Shown here piece after piece: positions 13,110 through 24,436 of a DNA stretch of 39,542 nt. The stretch comes from Rozella allomycis CSF55 (lineage: Eukaryota): NCBI GenBank assembly GCA_000442015.1, contig KE561185.1:1-39542 (forward strand), read 5' to 3'. A program made the translations under genes and the position numbers. The notes under the pieces were generated by a model. That model had not been told where the DNA came from and searched no databases. It saw nothing but the letters and a program-made list of their open reading frames with translations. Each line of letters starts with the position of its first letter. Within the stretch, counting starts at the first letter, position 1.

Positions 13110-13506
13110 TTATTTTTTTTTCCGCAATCGTTTGCTTCTTCTCGGCGAAAATACCCTGTCTCTTAAAATCTGGATGACGTCGTCGTACCCGTACTTGATA
13201 GCGAGTTGAGCCGCATAATTGTCCTGGAAGTCTACTCTAGGATCGTCAAGCAAAATTCCGACAACTTCTGCATGTCCGTACATTACAGCAATACTAATAG
13301 CATTATTGTTATTTGCACTGGGATCAACCCTGGAATCTGCAAGCAAAATTTTGACAACTTCCACATGTCCTTTCAAAGAAGCTATCTCAATGGCATCATT
13401 GTGATAGGCACTAGGATCAACTCTAGGATCTTCAAGCAAAATTTTCACAACTTCCACATGACCATTTTGAGAAGCTTTTCGAATAGCATAATTGTAATCG
13501 GCACTA
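13110..13506 (-). CDS. ankyrin-repeat protein C-terminal part with basic NLS-like tail
   Basis: VDPSA..N.AI..A...GH.EVVKILL repeats; ends SPRRSKRLRKKK; 5' end broken at n13507. Confidence 0.75.
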
Positions 13507-13697
13507 NCCGTGATGGAAATGTCATCGATGATCGAATAAATCCCTAGGTGACTGTTTATATTCAAATTGCATCCCATTTCAAATTTAAAGCGGTATTAAA
13601 TTACGAAGTCTTTCCTAAATGCAGAATGATTTTTTTTGAAACTTTAAAGATAATTTATTAAACTAAAAACANCTAAAAACATGAACACGACCCACCT

Positions 13698-14132
13698 TCA
13701 CATTATATTTGACTCAACTCTTGAATCGTGAATTAAGATTTTCACAACTTCCGCATGTCCATACACATAGGCTTTTCGAATAGCATCATTGCCATCAGCA
13801 CTAGGATCAACTCTTGAATCGTCAAGTAAAATTTTGACAACATTTGCATGCCCGTTCCGAGAAGCTTTTCGAATAGCATAATTGTCATTTGCACTAGGAT
13901 CAACTCTTGGATCTTCAAGTAACATTTTGACAACTTCCGCAAGGCCAAAATTAGACGCACATCGAATAGCAAAATTATCATTTGCACTTGGATCTACCCT
14001 TGAATCTTCAAGGAACATTTTCACAACATTTGCATGTCCATTCCTAGAAGCAAGCAAAATAGCCTCATAGTCATTAGCAATCGGATCTACTGTTGGATCA
14101 TCAAGTAAAATTTTGACAACTTCAGCGTGACC
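13698..14132 (-). CDS. ankyrin-repeat protein C-terminal part (paralog)
   Basis: About 4 repeats of 34 aa, stop at 13698; broken at n14133. Confidence 0.75.
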   Translation of the reverse strand, partial: GHAEVVKILLDDPTVDPIANDYEAILLASRNGHANVVKMFLEDSRVDPSANDNFAIRCASNFGLAEVVKMLLEDPRVDPSANDNYAIRKASRNGHANVVKILLDDSRVDPSADGNDAIRKAYVYGHAEVVKILIHDSRVESNIM

Positions 14133-14133
14133 N

Positions 14134-15025
14134 ACATCGAATAGCAAAATTGTAATTTGCACTTGGATCTACTCTTGAATCTTCAAGTAACATTTTGGCA
14201 ACATTTGCATACCCATTCCGAATAGCAAGCCGAATAGCTTCATATTCATTAGCATTAGGATTAAGTCTTGAATCTTCAAGTAAAATTTTGACAACATTTG
14301 CATGTCCATTCCGAGATGCAAGTTCAAGGGCATCGTTGACATATGTACAAGGGTCAACTCTAGAATCTTCAAGCAAAATTTTGACAACATTTGCATGCCC
14401 GTTCCAAGAAGCACTCCGAATAGCAGAATTTTCATCGGCACTTGGATCTACTCTAGAATCTTCAAGCAAAATTTTGACAACATTTGCATGCCCATTCCAA
14501 GAAGCAACCCGAATAGCATAATTGGCATTTACACTTGGATCAACCCTGGAATCTGTAAGCAAAATTTTAACAACTTCTGCATAGCCAAAGTCACAAGCAA
14601 ACCGAATAGCAACATTTTTCGCATCACTTGGATCCACTCTGAAATCTGCAAGCAAAATTTTGACAACCTCGGCATGTCCGTTCGTTGAAGCATTTCGAAT
14701 AGCATCATTGTCATCTGCGCTTGGGTCTACTCTTGAATCAGCAAGCAAAATTTTGACAACTTCTGTATGTCCGTTCATACACGCATTTCGAATAGCATCA
14801 TTGTTATTTGCACTGGGATCAACGATTGGATTTGTTAAAAGTAACTTAACAATTTCTGTGTGCCCATATTCTGCTGCTACCCTAATTGCATAGTTTCTGT
14901 CTGCTGAAGGATTTGGGTTGAAACCATTCTTGAGACTATACAATTCGCTGATCACCATATGCCCGTCTTGGGTTGTATGTATTAGATTATACTGGCATGC
15001 AAACTGGAAAGCATAGTCAACAGCT
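14134..15025 (-). CDS. ankyrin-repeat protein internal part (paralog or allele)
   Basis: About 7-8 ankyrin repeats, near-identical to 15144-15700; bounded by n14133 and n15026. Confidence 0.75.
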
Positions 15026-15143
15026 NCGAATAGCATCATTGTTATATGCACTGGGATCAACGATTGGATTTGTTAACAGAAACTTAACAATCTCTGTGTG
15101 CCCATATTCTGCTGCTACCCTAATTGCATAGTTTCTGTCTGCN

Positions 15144-16013
15144 CATTTTGACAACATTTGCATGTCCTTTCCGAGATGCAAGTTCAAGGGGATCGTTGTC
15201 ATATGTACAAGGGTGAACTCTAGAATCTTCAAGCAAAATTTTGACAACATTTGCATGCCCGTTCCAAGAAGCACTCCGAATAGCAGAATTGTCATCGGCA
15301 CTTGGATCTACTCTAGAATCTTCAAGCAAAATTTTGACAACATTTGCATGCCCATTCCAAGAAGCCCTCAGAATAGCAACATTGTCCACATCACTTGGAT
15401 CCACCCTGGAATCCGCGAGCAAAATTTTGACAACTTCTGTATGCCCGTTCATAGACGCATTTCGAATAGCATCATTGTTATTTGCACTGGGATCGACGAT
15501 TGGATTTGTTAAAAGAAACTTAACAATCTCTGTGTGCCCATTTTCCGCTGCAATCCTTATTGCATAGTTCCTGTCTGCTGAAGGATTTGGGTTGAAACTT
15601 TTGTTGAGACTATACAATTCGCTGATCATCATATGCCCATCTTGGATTGTATGTATTAGATTATATTGGCATGCAAACTGGAAAGCATAGTCAACAGCTT
15701 TTTGAGAAGTATCCTTTTGTCTAAGGAAGTTCAGAAAGCAAACGAACCTTTCAAATTTGTTTCGTCTAACTCTGTTATTGCCTTCGAGAATGTCACCACA
15801 TAAATCCATGTTTAGCAATTTACCACAACTCTGCTTAATAAGATATTGAATTACACATGGACATTTCCATGAAAGACTTACTTCCGGAGCTTGATGAAGG
15901 ATCAAGTCGAAGCAAAGTGAACGAAGCCAGCGTGATGTCCGAGAAATTTGTTTCACATCATTTAAACTTAAGTGCGACAAAATAACCAGCCAAACTTCAT
16001 GTGGTACCTCCAT
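15144..16013 (-). CDS. F-box + ankyrin-repeat protein (N-terminal part)
   Basis: ATG 16013 MEVPHEVWLVILSHLSLNDVKQISRTSRWLRSLC matches the F-box consensus and is followed by ankyrin repeats; truncated at n15143. Confidence 0.75.
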
Positions 16014-16069
16014 TTTGTAGGGAAAAGGTTTATCAGAACCGGGGTTTTCTATTTTTTTAACCGAAATAT

Positions 16070-16706
16070 ATGACTTGCACTCATTTCTCTGTAATTTATT
16101 CAGGCGAAATACATTCATCCAACGTAACATCGTCATTAATTTAAAATAGCTTCCTGCATACGACGACCTATACGTTAAATACTCTATAGTGTGCGGGCCC
16201 GACTGGCAAGTCCTTTCAGTAAAACATCATTCTAGGCAAGACAGGGCATTGAAGATGGCATATCCCAGATATCCAAAAAGACGCTTTATTCGGGTAACTC
16301 TTCAGTTTGGAACTTTCCGATTGACCTTTCCCTGAAATCGACCCAGGCTCATGGCTGGCCACGAATGGTTATAAGTGTGTACGGATTGGATGCTCTTGGA
16401 CGTGATGTTATCCGTGGGTATGGAATGTGTCATCTGCCGTTAGTTCCCGGGCGTGAGCAGATTAATGTGCCACTGTTTGTGCCAAGGGCAGGAAGCTTGT
16501 TTGGGCAGGTTTTTGGAATTTTAAGTGGACGGCTTCCAGAGTTTGTTGATCCTCGCTTTGTTGCTAATTATGATGATCGCGATTGTAAATTGATTTTGAA
16601 AATTTGAATAGTTGTTAGGACGGAGAGCTATGGGAGTGTAAAGATATCGGTGGAGACTGTTTTCAAAGATTTTGATAAATTTTATTGCTTTTGTTATTTA
16701 TTGTGA
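16070..16706 (+). CDS. B9D1: B9 domain-containing protein 1 (ciliary transition zone, MKS module)
   Basis: Spliced: DDLYVKYSIVCGPDW..G.EDGISQ..VWNFPIDL..KST..HGWPR..SVYGLD.LGRDVIRGYG..HLP..PG; three micro-introns. Confidence 0.9.
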
Positions 16707-16881
16707 TTTTAATATGCCAATTCTTGAATTGAAGATCTAATGAATTAAAATGTGTCATCAGTGATTCAGTATGTGTTTGAACGATCATGCTAATGCAAAT
16801 TTTTCACCTAAACTCTTTCCAGTTTCCATGACTTTAAATATGTTTTAAATATGAACTTTTAACAATAGAAAACTTATTTAT

Positions 16882-18487
16882 TTATTCACTTTCAGAAGAG
16901 TATGATCTCCTTCCTCTAGATTTTTGCCTTTCACGAGAATAATTCTATTAAATAAAAAATAGCGACTTACTTTATACGATCTCGCATTTCTTTCATTTGA
17001 ATAATCTCTTTCGTGCCTACCCTGATACCTTCCACGCCTTCTGTCTCTTTCTTCGTCGATAACTTCGCCTTCTTCATTTTCTTCTTCATAAGCCCTTAAT
17101 CTAGAAATGAACTTTTTGAATGCCTTGATTCTGTTCTCTTCACCGTCAATATCTTGATATTCTTGATACTTTTCAATCCTTGGTCGCACCTACATAATGG
17201 GCATGCTATTTAACATACTTGATCCCAAGAGGCAGAAGAAGAAATTGGAGGCTCAAGTCTCTTTAAAACAGATCTTAAAGCTCTCATTGCTCTTCTTTGC
17301 CTTTTTTCGTATCTTCTTTCTTCATCTTCTTTTTCATATTTAATCTTGTCAATCAACTATATTATAACTAGAAATAAATGAAGTACTTTATTAAAAATCA
17401 ATTCTGCATATTTTTTAGAAATTTCGATTGTTCTTTCATCACCAGCCAGGGTATTTAAAAACCATTCAAAAGAAGAATCAGCTTTCAAATCAATCTTATT
17501 CTCCGATAATACTTCTTGAACAATTTTTCTTTGTTTATACAAAAGTTCATCCAATTCTTCAATCCTATCAAAGAAAAGGTCCATTGGAGTGCTTCCAGGT
17601 TGCCCAAGCATATTCAAGAAACGTTCATCATCTTTAATGCAAGGGAAAACATTCTTCCATTTAGCTTTTGGATGAATCAATTCCTTTTCCTCCAACTCCT
17701 TCAAAAGTAGCTTAAAATTGTCTCGATTGATTCTCTCAGCTCTCCTTCTCTTCATCGCTTCCTCTTCAAGAGATCGATTGTAATCTCTTTCAAGCTTTCT
17801 GTAATACTCTTCAAACGAAATCAACAAATCTAAATTGTCCATTTCCATCAACATTTGATTCTCTTTATACTTTGGATGTTCCTTAATTATCTTATGTGCT
17901 TGATCAAAAGTTGTTCCATATTTTATTTCAACAACATCTTTAAGGAACATATGGAAATGTCTAGTTCTTTCTCTTCGATGATTCCTAGTCTCCATTTGCT
18001 GTTGCATCTTTCTATCTCCCATCAAATGATTATAAAAATTCTCTCGCTCTCTATCATCCGAAATCTCATTAAACACCTTTTCATTCTTCAAAATTTCTCT
18101 AGCTTTGGCATATCTCGTCCACGGTGTTATTTCTGGAGTATTCAACAACAATTCTTCAAACGCCCTCCTCCATCTAGCCATTTTATTTCTTCTTGCCTCA
18201 TTTTCATATCTCTTGCGATCTCTCATAAACCTCGTAAATGCATCTTTCCTCTCTTTAGGTGTTGGCAACGCCTTGTAATTTGGGTGGTTAATAACAAGTC
18301 TCATTGTCTCTTCCCAAGTATAATATGGCTCAATATCCTATCACTTTTACTAAAACTCACTTACAGCTTCAGCCAGCATTTCCATAAACGCACTCATCGC
18401 TTCTTCTCTACTTTTATACTCTCCAGCACTATTGTCTTTTACAAATAAAATTTAACAATTACTTGTTTGCCCCATTTCCTTTGTCAT
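16882..18487 (-). CDS. PRP40: Prp40-like FF-domain splicing factor
   Basis: Tandem FF domains (EAMSAFMEML, TWEETMR..I.HP.Y.AL, LGQPGSTPMDLF), RS-rich tail; no WW domains visible. Confidence 0.85.
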
Positions 18488-18854
18488 TTACCAAATTCTA
18501 CTCAGCCACTATAGAATTTGTCAACTTATTCCATGAATCAAATCAGCAATCAATCATTAATGTTTATTAAACGGTAAGTTTAGAAGAATTTAGCAGAAAT
18601 AAAAATTTCAAATTTATGTTGATGCAAGTCAAGCAGGTTTTTAGTCTCTCTTTGATTAAAACACATATGCTCAATACATTGGCTTTCCTTTACTTGATAA
18701 CATTAAAATCACGAAAAAGTATCAATTATAAAAAGTGAGTTCTGTCACTTTAAGTTCAGATGACTATTTAGGTATGATATAAAAGGATTTCATTAATTAT
18801 AGGTACATAATCAGGTTTTCTTGAGCCGCACCAAAAAATGGACTTCCCATCTGA

Positions 18855-18935
18855 AGGTGACAATTTGACAATATCCGCATGCCCAAATATTTGTTGCTGC
18901 CCACTTAATGGCATAGTTTTCGCAGTCGCTGGACT
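18855..18935 (-). pseudogene. degenerate single ankyrin repeat relic
   Basis: Minus strand reads SSDCENYAIKWAAT then, after a frameshift, GHADIVKL; same repeat type as the 13-16 kb array. Confidence 0.5.
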
Positions 18936-19128
18936 TGAAATTCATCTTATAAGAAAAAGTGATTTTATCGTATACTAATAAATCTGTTCACGCGCACAGA
19001 ACATCAGAAACGATCCTCAATATAAGAAGCAACGCCTAATAAATGTCTTATATCAAATTTGAGTAATAAATTATGTGAATTTGTTTGATGATACAATTTA
19101 AAAGATACAATGAAACGTACAACTCAAT

Positions 19129-21920
19129 TTATTTAAAACAACTTTCAATAGCTTTTGCATCTCTCTTCAACCACGCCGCCGAAACTTTAGCCTTTTCAAT
19201 AGCCTGTTGAAGGAACCTAGAAATGGAAGAAATATCCTTGTCTTTAAAGAACATTTCAGTGGCTCTAATGAAATCATCGGAAGCCAAGTCTTGCACACAC
19301 GCTTGAACAATTCGCCCGAGCAACGCAGCAGAGCCGCCATAGTAGCGCTTGTAGAGAGCGTCCCAGTTGTCTTGGAGGAACTTGAATGCCAAGAGTCTTC
19401 CATAGGGGTTACCGGCAACAGAGCCTATTGGATAAACAACATCTTGACTGCGAATTTCATCACTGAGAGCGAACTGCAGAGTTTTTTGTAATAAATCTTC
19501 AGTCTTTGGTGAACCGAGAGCTGAGAGTGCAGCTAATTTTCTGTCTTGGATTTGCGTTTCTTTGTAAATTTTTAAGACTTGTTCATATTCAACGACTGAA
19601 CCAAATTTTACGACAATTGAAAACACAGAGCCTATGATGGAAGGATGAAGAGCAGATTCATCGCCATTGATGAATTTGTTGAAGCCAATTTTAGATTTTT
19701 CAACAATTTCAGGATGGCCAGCTTTACCAGCCATTGAGATTGCTAGATTTCTTAATAGAATTGTTAAATCATCATCACTTTTATTAAATTCAAAACCAAG
19801 TTTATCGTAAATAGATCCAAATAGATTTTGAATAAATTGATTGCATTTGGATTTAACAGACTCTGGTTCTTGCCAAAGTAAATCTTTAACACTTTGGATT
19901 CTCTGCGCAATTTCACTCCAAATTCTAAAAATAGATTTGAAATATTTTTACATGAAACCATCTTGAATAGAAAATAAATTCAATAAAGATAATGGCTTAG
20001 TTGTACTAATATTACCAGAAACAGCCAATGCAAAAGAATCAGCTAAAAATCCAATTTTATCAAACTTTGATAATTCAGAGAAATTGTTTTTAATTTTTTC
20101 CAATAATGAATCTGAATATTTGACTCTGTAAAATCCACTTTGATTTACATTCAATTTTAGAAATTTCAAATTTTCAATATTTTCTGAAATTTCAATAATA
20201 GATGATCTATTTTTAGATTAAGAGATTTCAGAAATACTTTGTTGTTAAAAGATTTGAATTTTGAGTTGTTTTAGGCATAGATGAAATTCCAAGAGGAACA
20301 AACCACAAATCTTTATCTTCAACTGGCTTAACATCCCCTGTACTCAAATATCGATGTTGTTCAATCAAGATTTCATTTGCTTTATTCCCCTCCCTAACAG
20401 AAATCAATGGAAATCCAATTTGTCGCGTCCAAAACTTCATCATTTCTTCAACTGGCTCTCCTGATGTTTCTTCTAAAGATTTCCATAGATCCTTTTAATA
20501 CACCCATGCATCTATTACCCTTGTTGCAGCATTTCCAAACTTGTGTTTCTTTAAATAACTTCTGATTCCCTTTTTAAAAACTTCTTCTCCTAAATATGCA
20601 ACTAATTGTCTAATGACAGAAGCACCCTTGGAATATGAAATCGCATCAAATATTTGAGATATTTCATCTGGATTCTTAACTGGCACTTCAATTGGATGAC
20701 TAGATCTCAATGAATCTAATGCTAAGCCTCTTTGTTGTTCATCATTAATAAATCCCAACCAAATTTCCCACTCTGGAAAAATAAAATCTACAGCCAACCA
20801 TCCTACCCACGTGGCAAATCCTTCATTCAGCCACAAATCTTGCCACCAATCCATCGTCACTAAATTTCCAAACCATTGATGCGCCAATTCATGTCCAACA
20901 ACATACGCTACATTCTGTTTAGCCCTCAACGATGACTTTTCTTCATCAAACAATAAATAAATGGATCTAAACGTAACTAACCCCTGCCTCACATTAATTC
21001 TATTTCATTACCCAATTCTCCATCGCTCCTGCTGCAAAATCTGGTATCGCTATCATATCAAGCTTTGGAAGCGGATACGGCATATCAAAATACTCTGTAA
21101 AATAACTCAACGTCTTTGCTCCAACATCCAATGCAAACCTTCCCAACTCTTTTTGTCCCTTCAACGTGTAAACCCTCACCTTCACTCCCTCCTTTGTTTC
21201 TGTCTCTGTAAAATCAAACTCTCCAGCAGCAAACGCTACCAAATACGTCGACATCACTGGCGTCTTGGCAAACACTACATCAACTTTTCCTTCTCCAACA
21301 TCATTCATTTCAGTCACATTCATATTAGATAGCGCAGTTATTTCCTTTTCAACTTGCATCGTTATACTAAACGTTGCCTTCAATGCTGGCTCATCAAAAC
21401 ACGGAAAGGCTCTTCTAGCATCTGTAGCCTCAAATTGTGTCACTGCCATAAACCTATTATCCAAACCAACTCTCTCTTACTTTTTAGCACCATTCTCATC
21501 CGTATAAGCACTACGGTAAAATCCAGCCATCTTGTCATTCAATATCCCCTCAAACTCAAAATACAACACCCCCTTCGCCCCCTTCTCAATCTTCTCTTCA
21601 AACACAGTCTCCAAAACCTGCTTCTTCCTATCATACTTGGTCTCCTTGGCCTTTCTACACTACCACTGCACCACACACATACCTCATCTCTCCGCCCTTC
21701 TCGCCCATCAATCCAGCCTTCAATAACTTCAGCTCGTGCGCATTAACAGATACACTGTTCGTCGCTTCATGCACATCAAAACTATAACGGTTATGTAGTC
21801 TTTTTACTGGATCCACACACGACCACTGAATACGTGCTTTTGTAAATCAGGCGTTAGATGGAGATCATAGTGGTACGGCTTCACTTGCGAGGGGATAATG
21901 TCGCGTTCGGTATTCACCAT
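19129..21920 (-). CDS. APE2: M1 family alanyl/puromycin-sensitive aminopeptidase
   Basis: TQFEATDARRAFPCFDEP, GAMENW, HELAHQWFGNLVT..WW..LWLNE, ISYSKGASV, ERAP1-like C-terminus; multi-exon. Confidence 0.93.
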
Positions 21921-22184
21921 TGCAATTGACCAGGGTTGGTGGTCGAGGATTATGAGGGCGAGGATTAAGAATTTTTGAGAAAGAAATTTGAAGGGTTGAG
22001 AGTTCGTCTTTACTTTCATAAAAATTTGCAAGGGTTGGGAACGTTGAAAGTGAGTGTGACTGTTGATATCATGCTTTTGCTCGGAGATATTTAAAGTATC
22101 CAGACGATGAAAGTTTGCTGAGTAAAAATAGAAATGAAACAAACCAAAGAAAAGTACCCCTAAGTTTCAAGTTTCTCCTCATAT

Positions 22185-22511
22185 ATGAGTATGAAGACGA
22201 GTTTGCAATACACAATCTTGAATGGCTATAACTATGATTTCTGGTGCAAATGCACCCGCATAGAGTTGATGGCAAATGGTGTCTGGCACCATGTCATTAA
22301 CGAGCCTGACCAATGCGACTTTGAAAAAATGGCGCCTGAACAGCGTATCATGGAAGCAAAAGCGCTTGCATTTCTGATGAGACTTGTCCATAGAAAAATT
22401 TTGAAAGAGTACCAGAATTATATGGGATATGCTAATCAGCTGTGGATTGCCCTGAAATTAAGTTATGAGGGAGTGGAAATAACTTCAGAATCTTCTTCGG
22501 TTTTCTTATAA
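22185..22511 (+). mobile_element. Ty1/copia gag N-terminal-like ORF (108 aa), no LTR or pol
   Basis: LNGYNYDFW...RIEL.ANGVW..V and A.QLW..LK.SYEG resemble DUF4219/Retrotran_gag_2 consensus. Confidence 0.6.
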
Positions 22512-22647
22512 GAGGGAATGAACCAAAGCAGACATTCAATTAATAAATAGTTGGGGAAATATGAGTTTTATTGATTTCGATTGCTTAATGATTGAATTCT
22601 CGAATCTTAAGCATTATCGGCGATCACCATGGTAAAGGAACCTTTTC

Positions 22648-24078
22648 ATGAATCACAGGAGAATAAGGTTCATTTCACTAGGTATCACGATTTTGGTTAC
22701 ATTATTCGTTACTCTTAAATTAAACGGTGAATCTGGTACATCTACGATAATCCTAAACGACATTGAGAGTTTAAAGGCGAAAGAAGAATTAAAGATGCCC
22801 GATCAAAGTAAAGAGACTTCAATAGATAGAAATGATCGTGTAAAACACACGTTAAAATCTCTTTCATCGTTTCTTAAAAAATATTTATCAACATCACAGA
22901 ATGAATCATCATGTCAACGGACTCTAGTCTGCAACGTAAATAAGGCTTGCGGATTTGGTTGCCAAATACATCACGCAGTCCATTGCTTTCACACTGCTAT
23001 TGCCACTAAAAGAACACTTGTTCTTGAGACAAAAGATTGGTCCTATAAACCTGAAGGTGGTTGGGACAAGATATTTCTACCAATAACGCAATGTCCTAAA
23101 AGACAAGAAGAAAATCAATATCCATTTTTCTCAGAAGATTCTGATCACGACCCACATGTATTTCTTCCTATTGTAGAAAATAATCAGCCAAAGTACGAAA
23201 TCCCAAATATGCCAGAGGATCTTTTTGATGAACTTAAATCGATCCACGGATATCCAACTGTGTGGTGGATTGGTCACCTTGTTTCTTACATTTTGAGGCC
23301 TACTTTGAAAACTCTCGAACCAATGGAAGATCAAAAGCGATTGTGGGCATGGCAAACTCCAGTTGTTGGGTAATTCTAAATGATTTATAATCATGTTTAG
23401 TGTGCATATACGACGAACAGATAAAATAGGTCTAGAAGCGATATATTACAGTTTGGATGAATACATGGAACATGTAGAGAAATATTTCAGGACATTGGAA
23501 TANACGTAGAGAAATATTTCGGGAAATTGGAATCTAGCCAATCTGTGAAAGTGAAGGCTGTCTTTTTGGCTACCGATGAGCCGCAGGTTATTCAGGAGGC
23601 TAAATCGCGATACAAGGAATACATCTTCTATACCAACGATCATGCTGCCTCTTTAGCGAACCATGTTTATGGCAGTAGATATTCGGATTCTTCTTTGCAT
23701 GGAGTGTTTTCAGACGTGTATCACTTGTCAAATACAGATTTTCTTGTTTGTACAATGTCATCGCAGATTTGTAGGCTTGCATATGAATTGATGCAAACAA
23801 AGCATACCGATAAATCAAATTCATTTGTATCTCTTGACGACCCTTATTATTTTGGTGGTTGGCTTCCAAAAAAGGTGTGCGCCATTGAAGATCATATCGC
23901 GAAAAGCTCTGAAGGACTCGATGCACGCATTGGTGATATTTTTGAACATCTGGGGGAGAATGATGGGTTTGTCAAAGGAAAAAATATCAGAACTGGTAGT
24001 GTAGGTCTGATACCCACCAATAAAGTTGAAGTTTGCATGAAAGGAACGCCTTTTCCTAATATTCTTAATGATAAATAA
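22648..24078 (+). CDS. FUT8: alpha-(1,6)-fucosyltransferase (GT23, FUT8-type) with C-terminal SH3
   Basis: Type II TM anchor; CGFGCQIHH; VG|VHIRRTDK; FLATD; DFLVCTMSSQICRLAYE; SLDDPYYFGG; SH3-like tail ...G.N.RTG..GL.P..KV; one intron at ~23370-23400; n join at 23503. Confidence 0.9.
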
Positions 24079-24436
24079 ATGATTCTTTTACAATAAGATC
24101 TCTTAAGCATTTAATCAAGATCTTTTCAATGAAAATGTATTGCATGCGTTGAACACATTGCTTTGATATTGTCATATCTTTCATCTAAATCGTGCCGTTT
24201 TGTTGTATGAAAAGCACGTAAATGCAACGAACAATATGTTTAAACAAATGATTATCCCAATTTTAGTTGATTATTTTCTATTTTGCCTTTTTCATCTATA
24301 TGTGAACTCTCAAATCTGAATGGAAACGTTAATTTCCTAGTGATGTTATTTTTGGGTTGATCATTTGCTTGAAAGACAGCATACAATTTAAATTTCCACC
24401 TTTGGCCAAGAGAGGCTTGGAAGTAGGAATATCAAA

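Larger units (their letters stand above)
13110..15700 (-). repeat. tandem 102-bp ankyrin coding repeat array, partly collapsed assembly
   Basis: Recurrent caagcaaaattttgacaac...ggatc units with 102-bp period; single n joins at 13507, 13672, 14133, 15026, 15143. Confidence 0.85.

Noticed and set aside
13206..15567. Plus-strand repetitive ORFs over the ankyrin array
   Set aside because: Antisense shadows of the repeat coding sequence
13110..15700. Regularly spaced repeats suggestive of a CRISPR array or satellite
   Set aside because: The 102-bp period encodes in-frame ankyrin repeats; no unique spacers; eukaryotic context
23495..23530. Apparent frameshift or pseudogenisation of FUT8
   Set aside because: Coincides with an n join and duplicated sequence; both halves keep intact motifs
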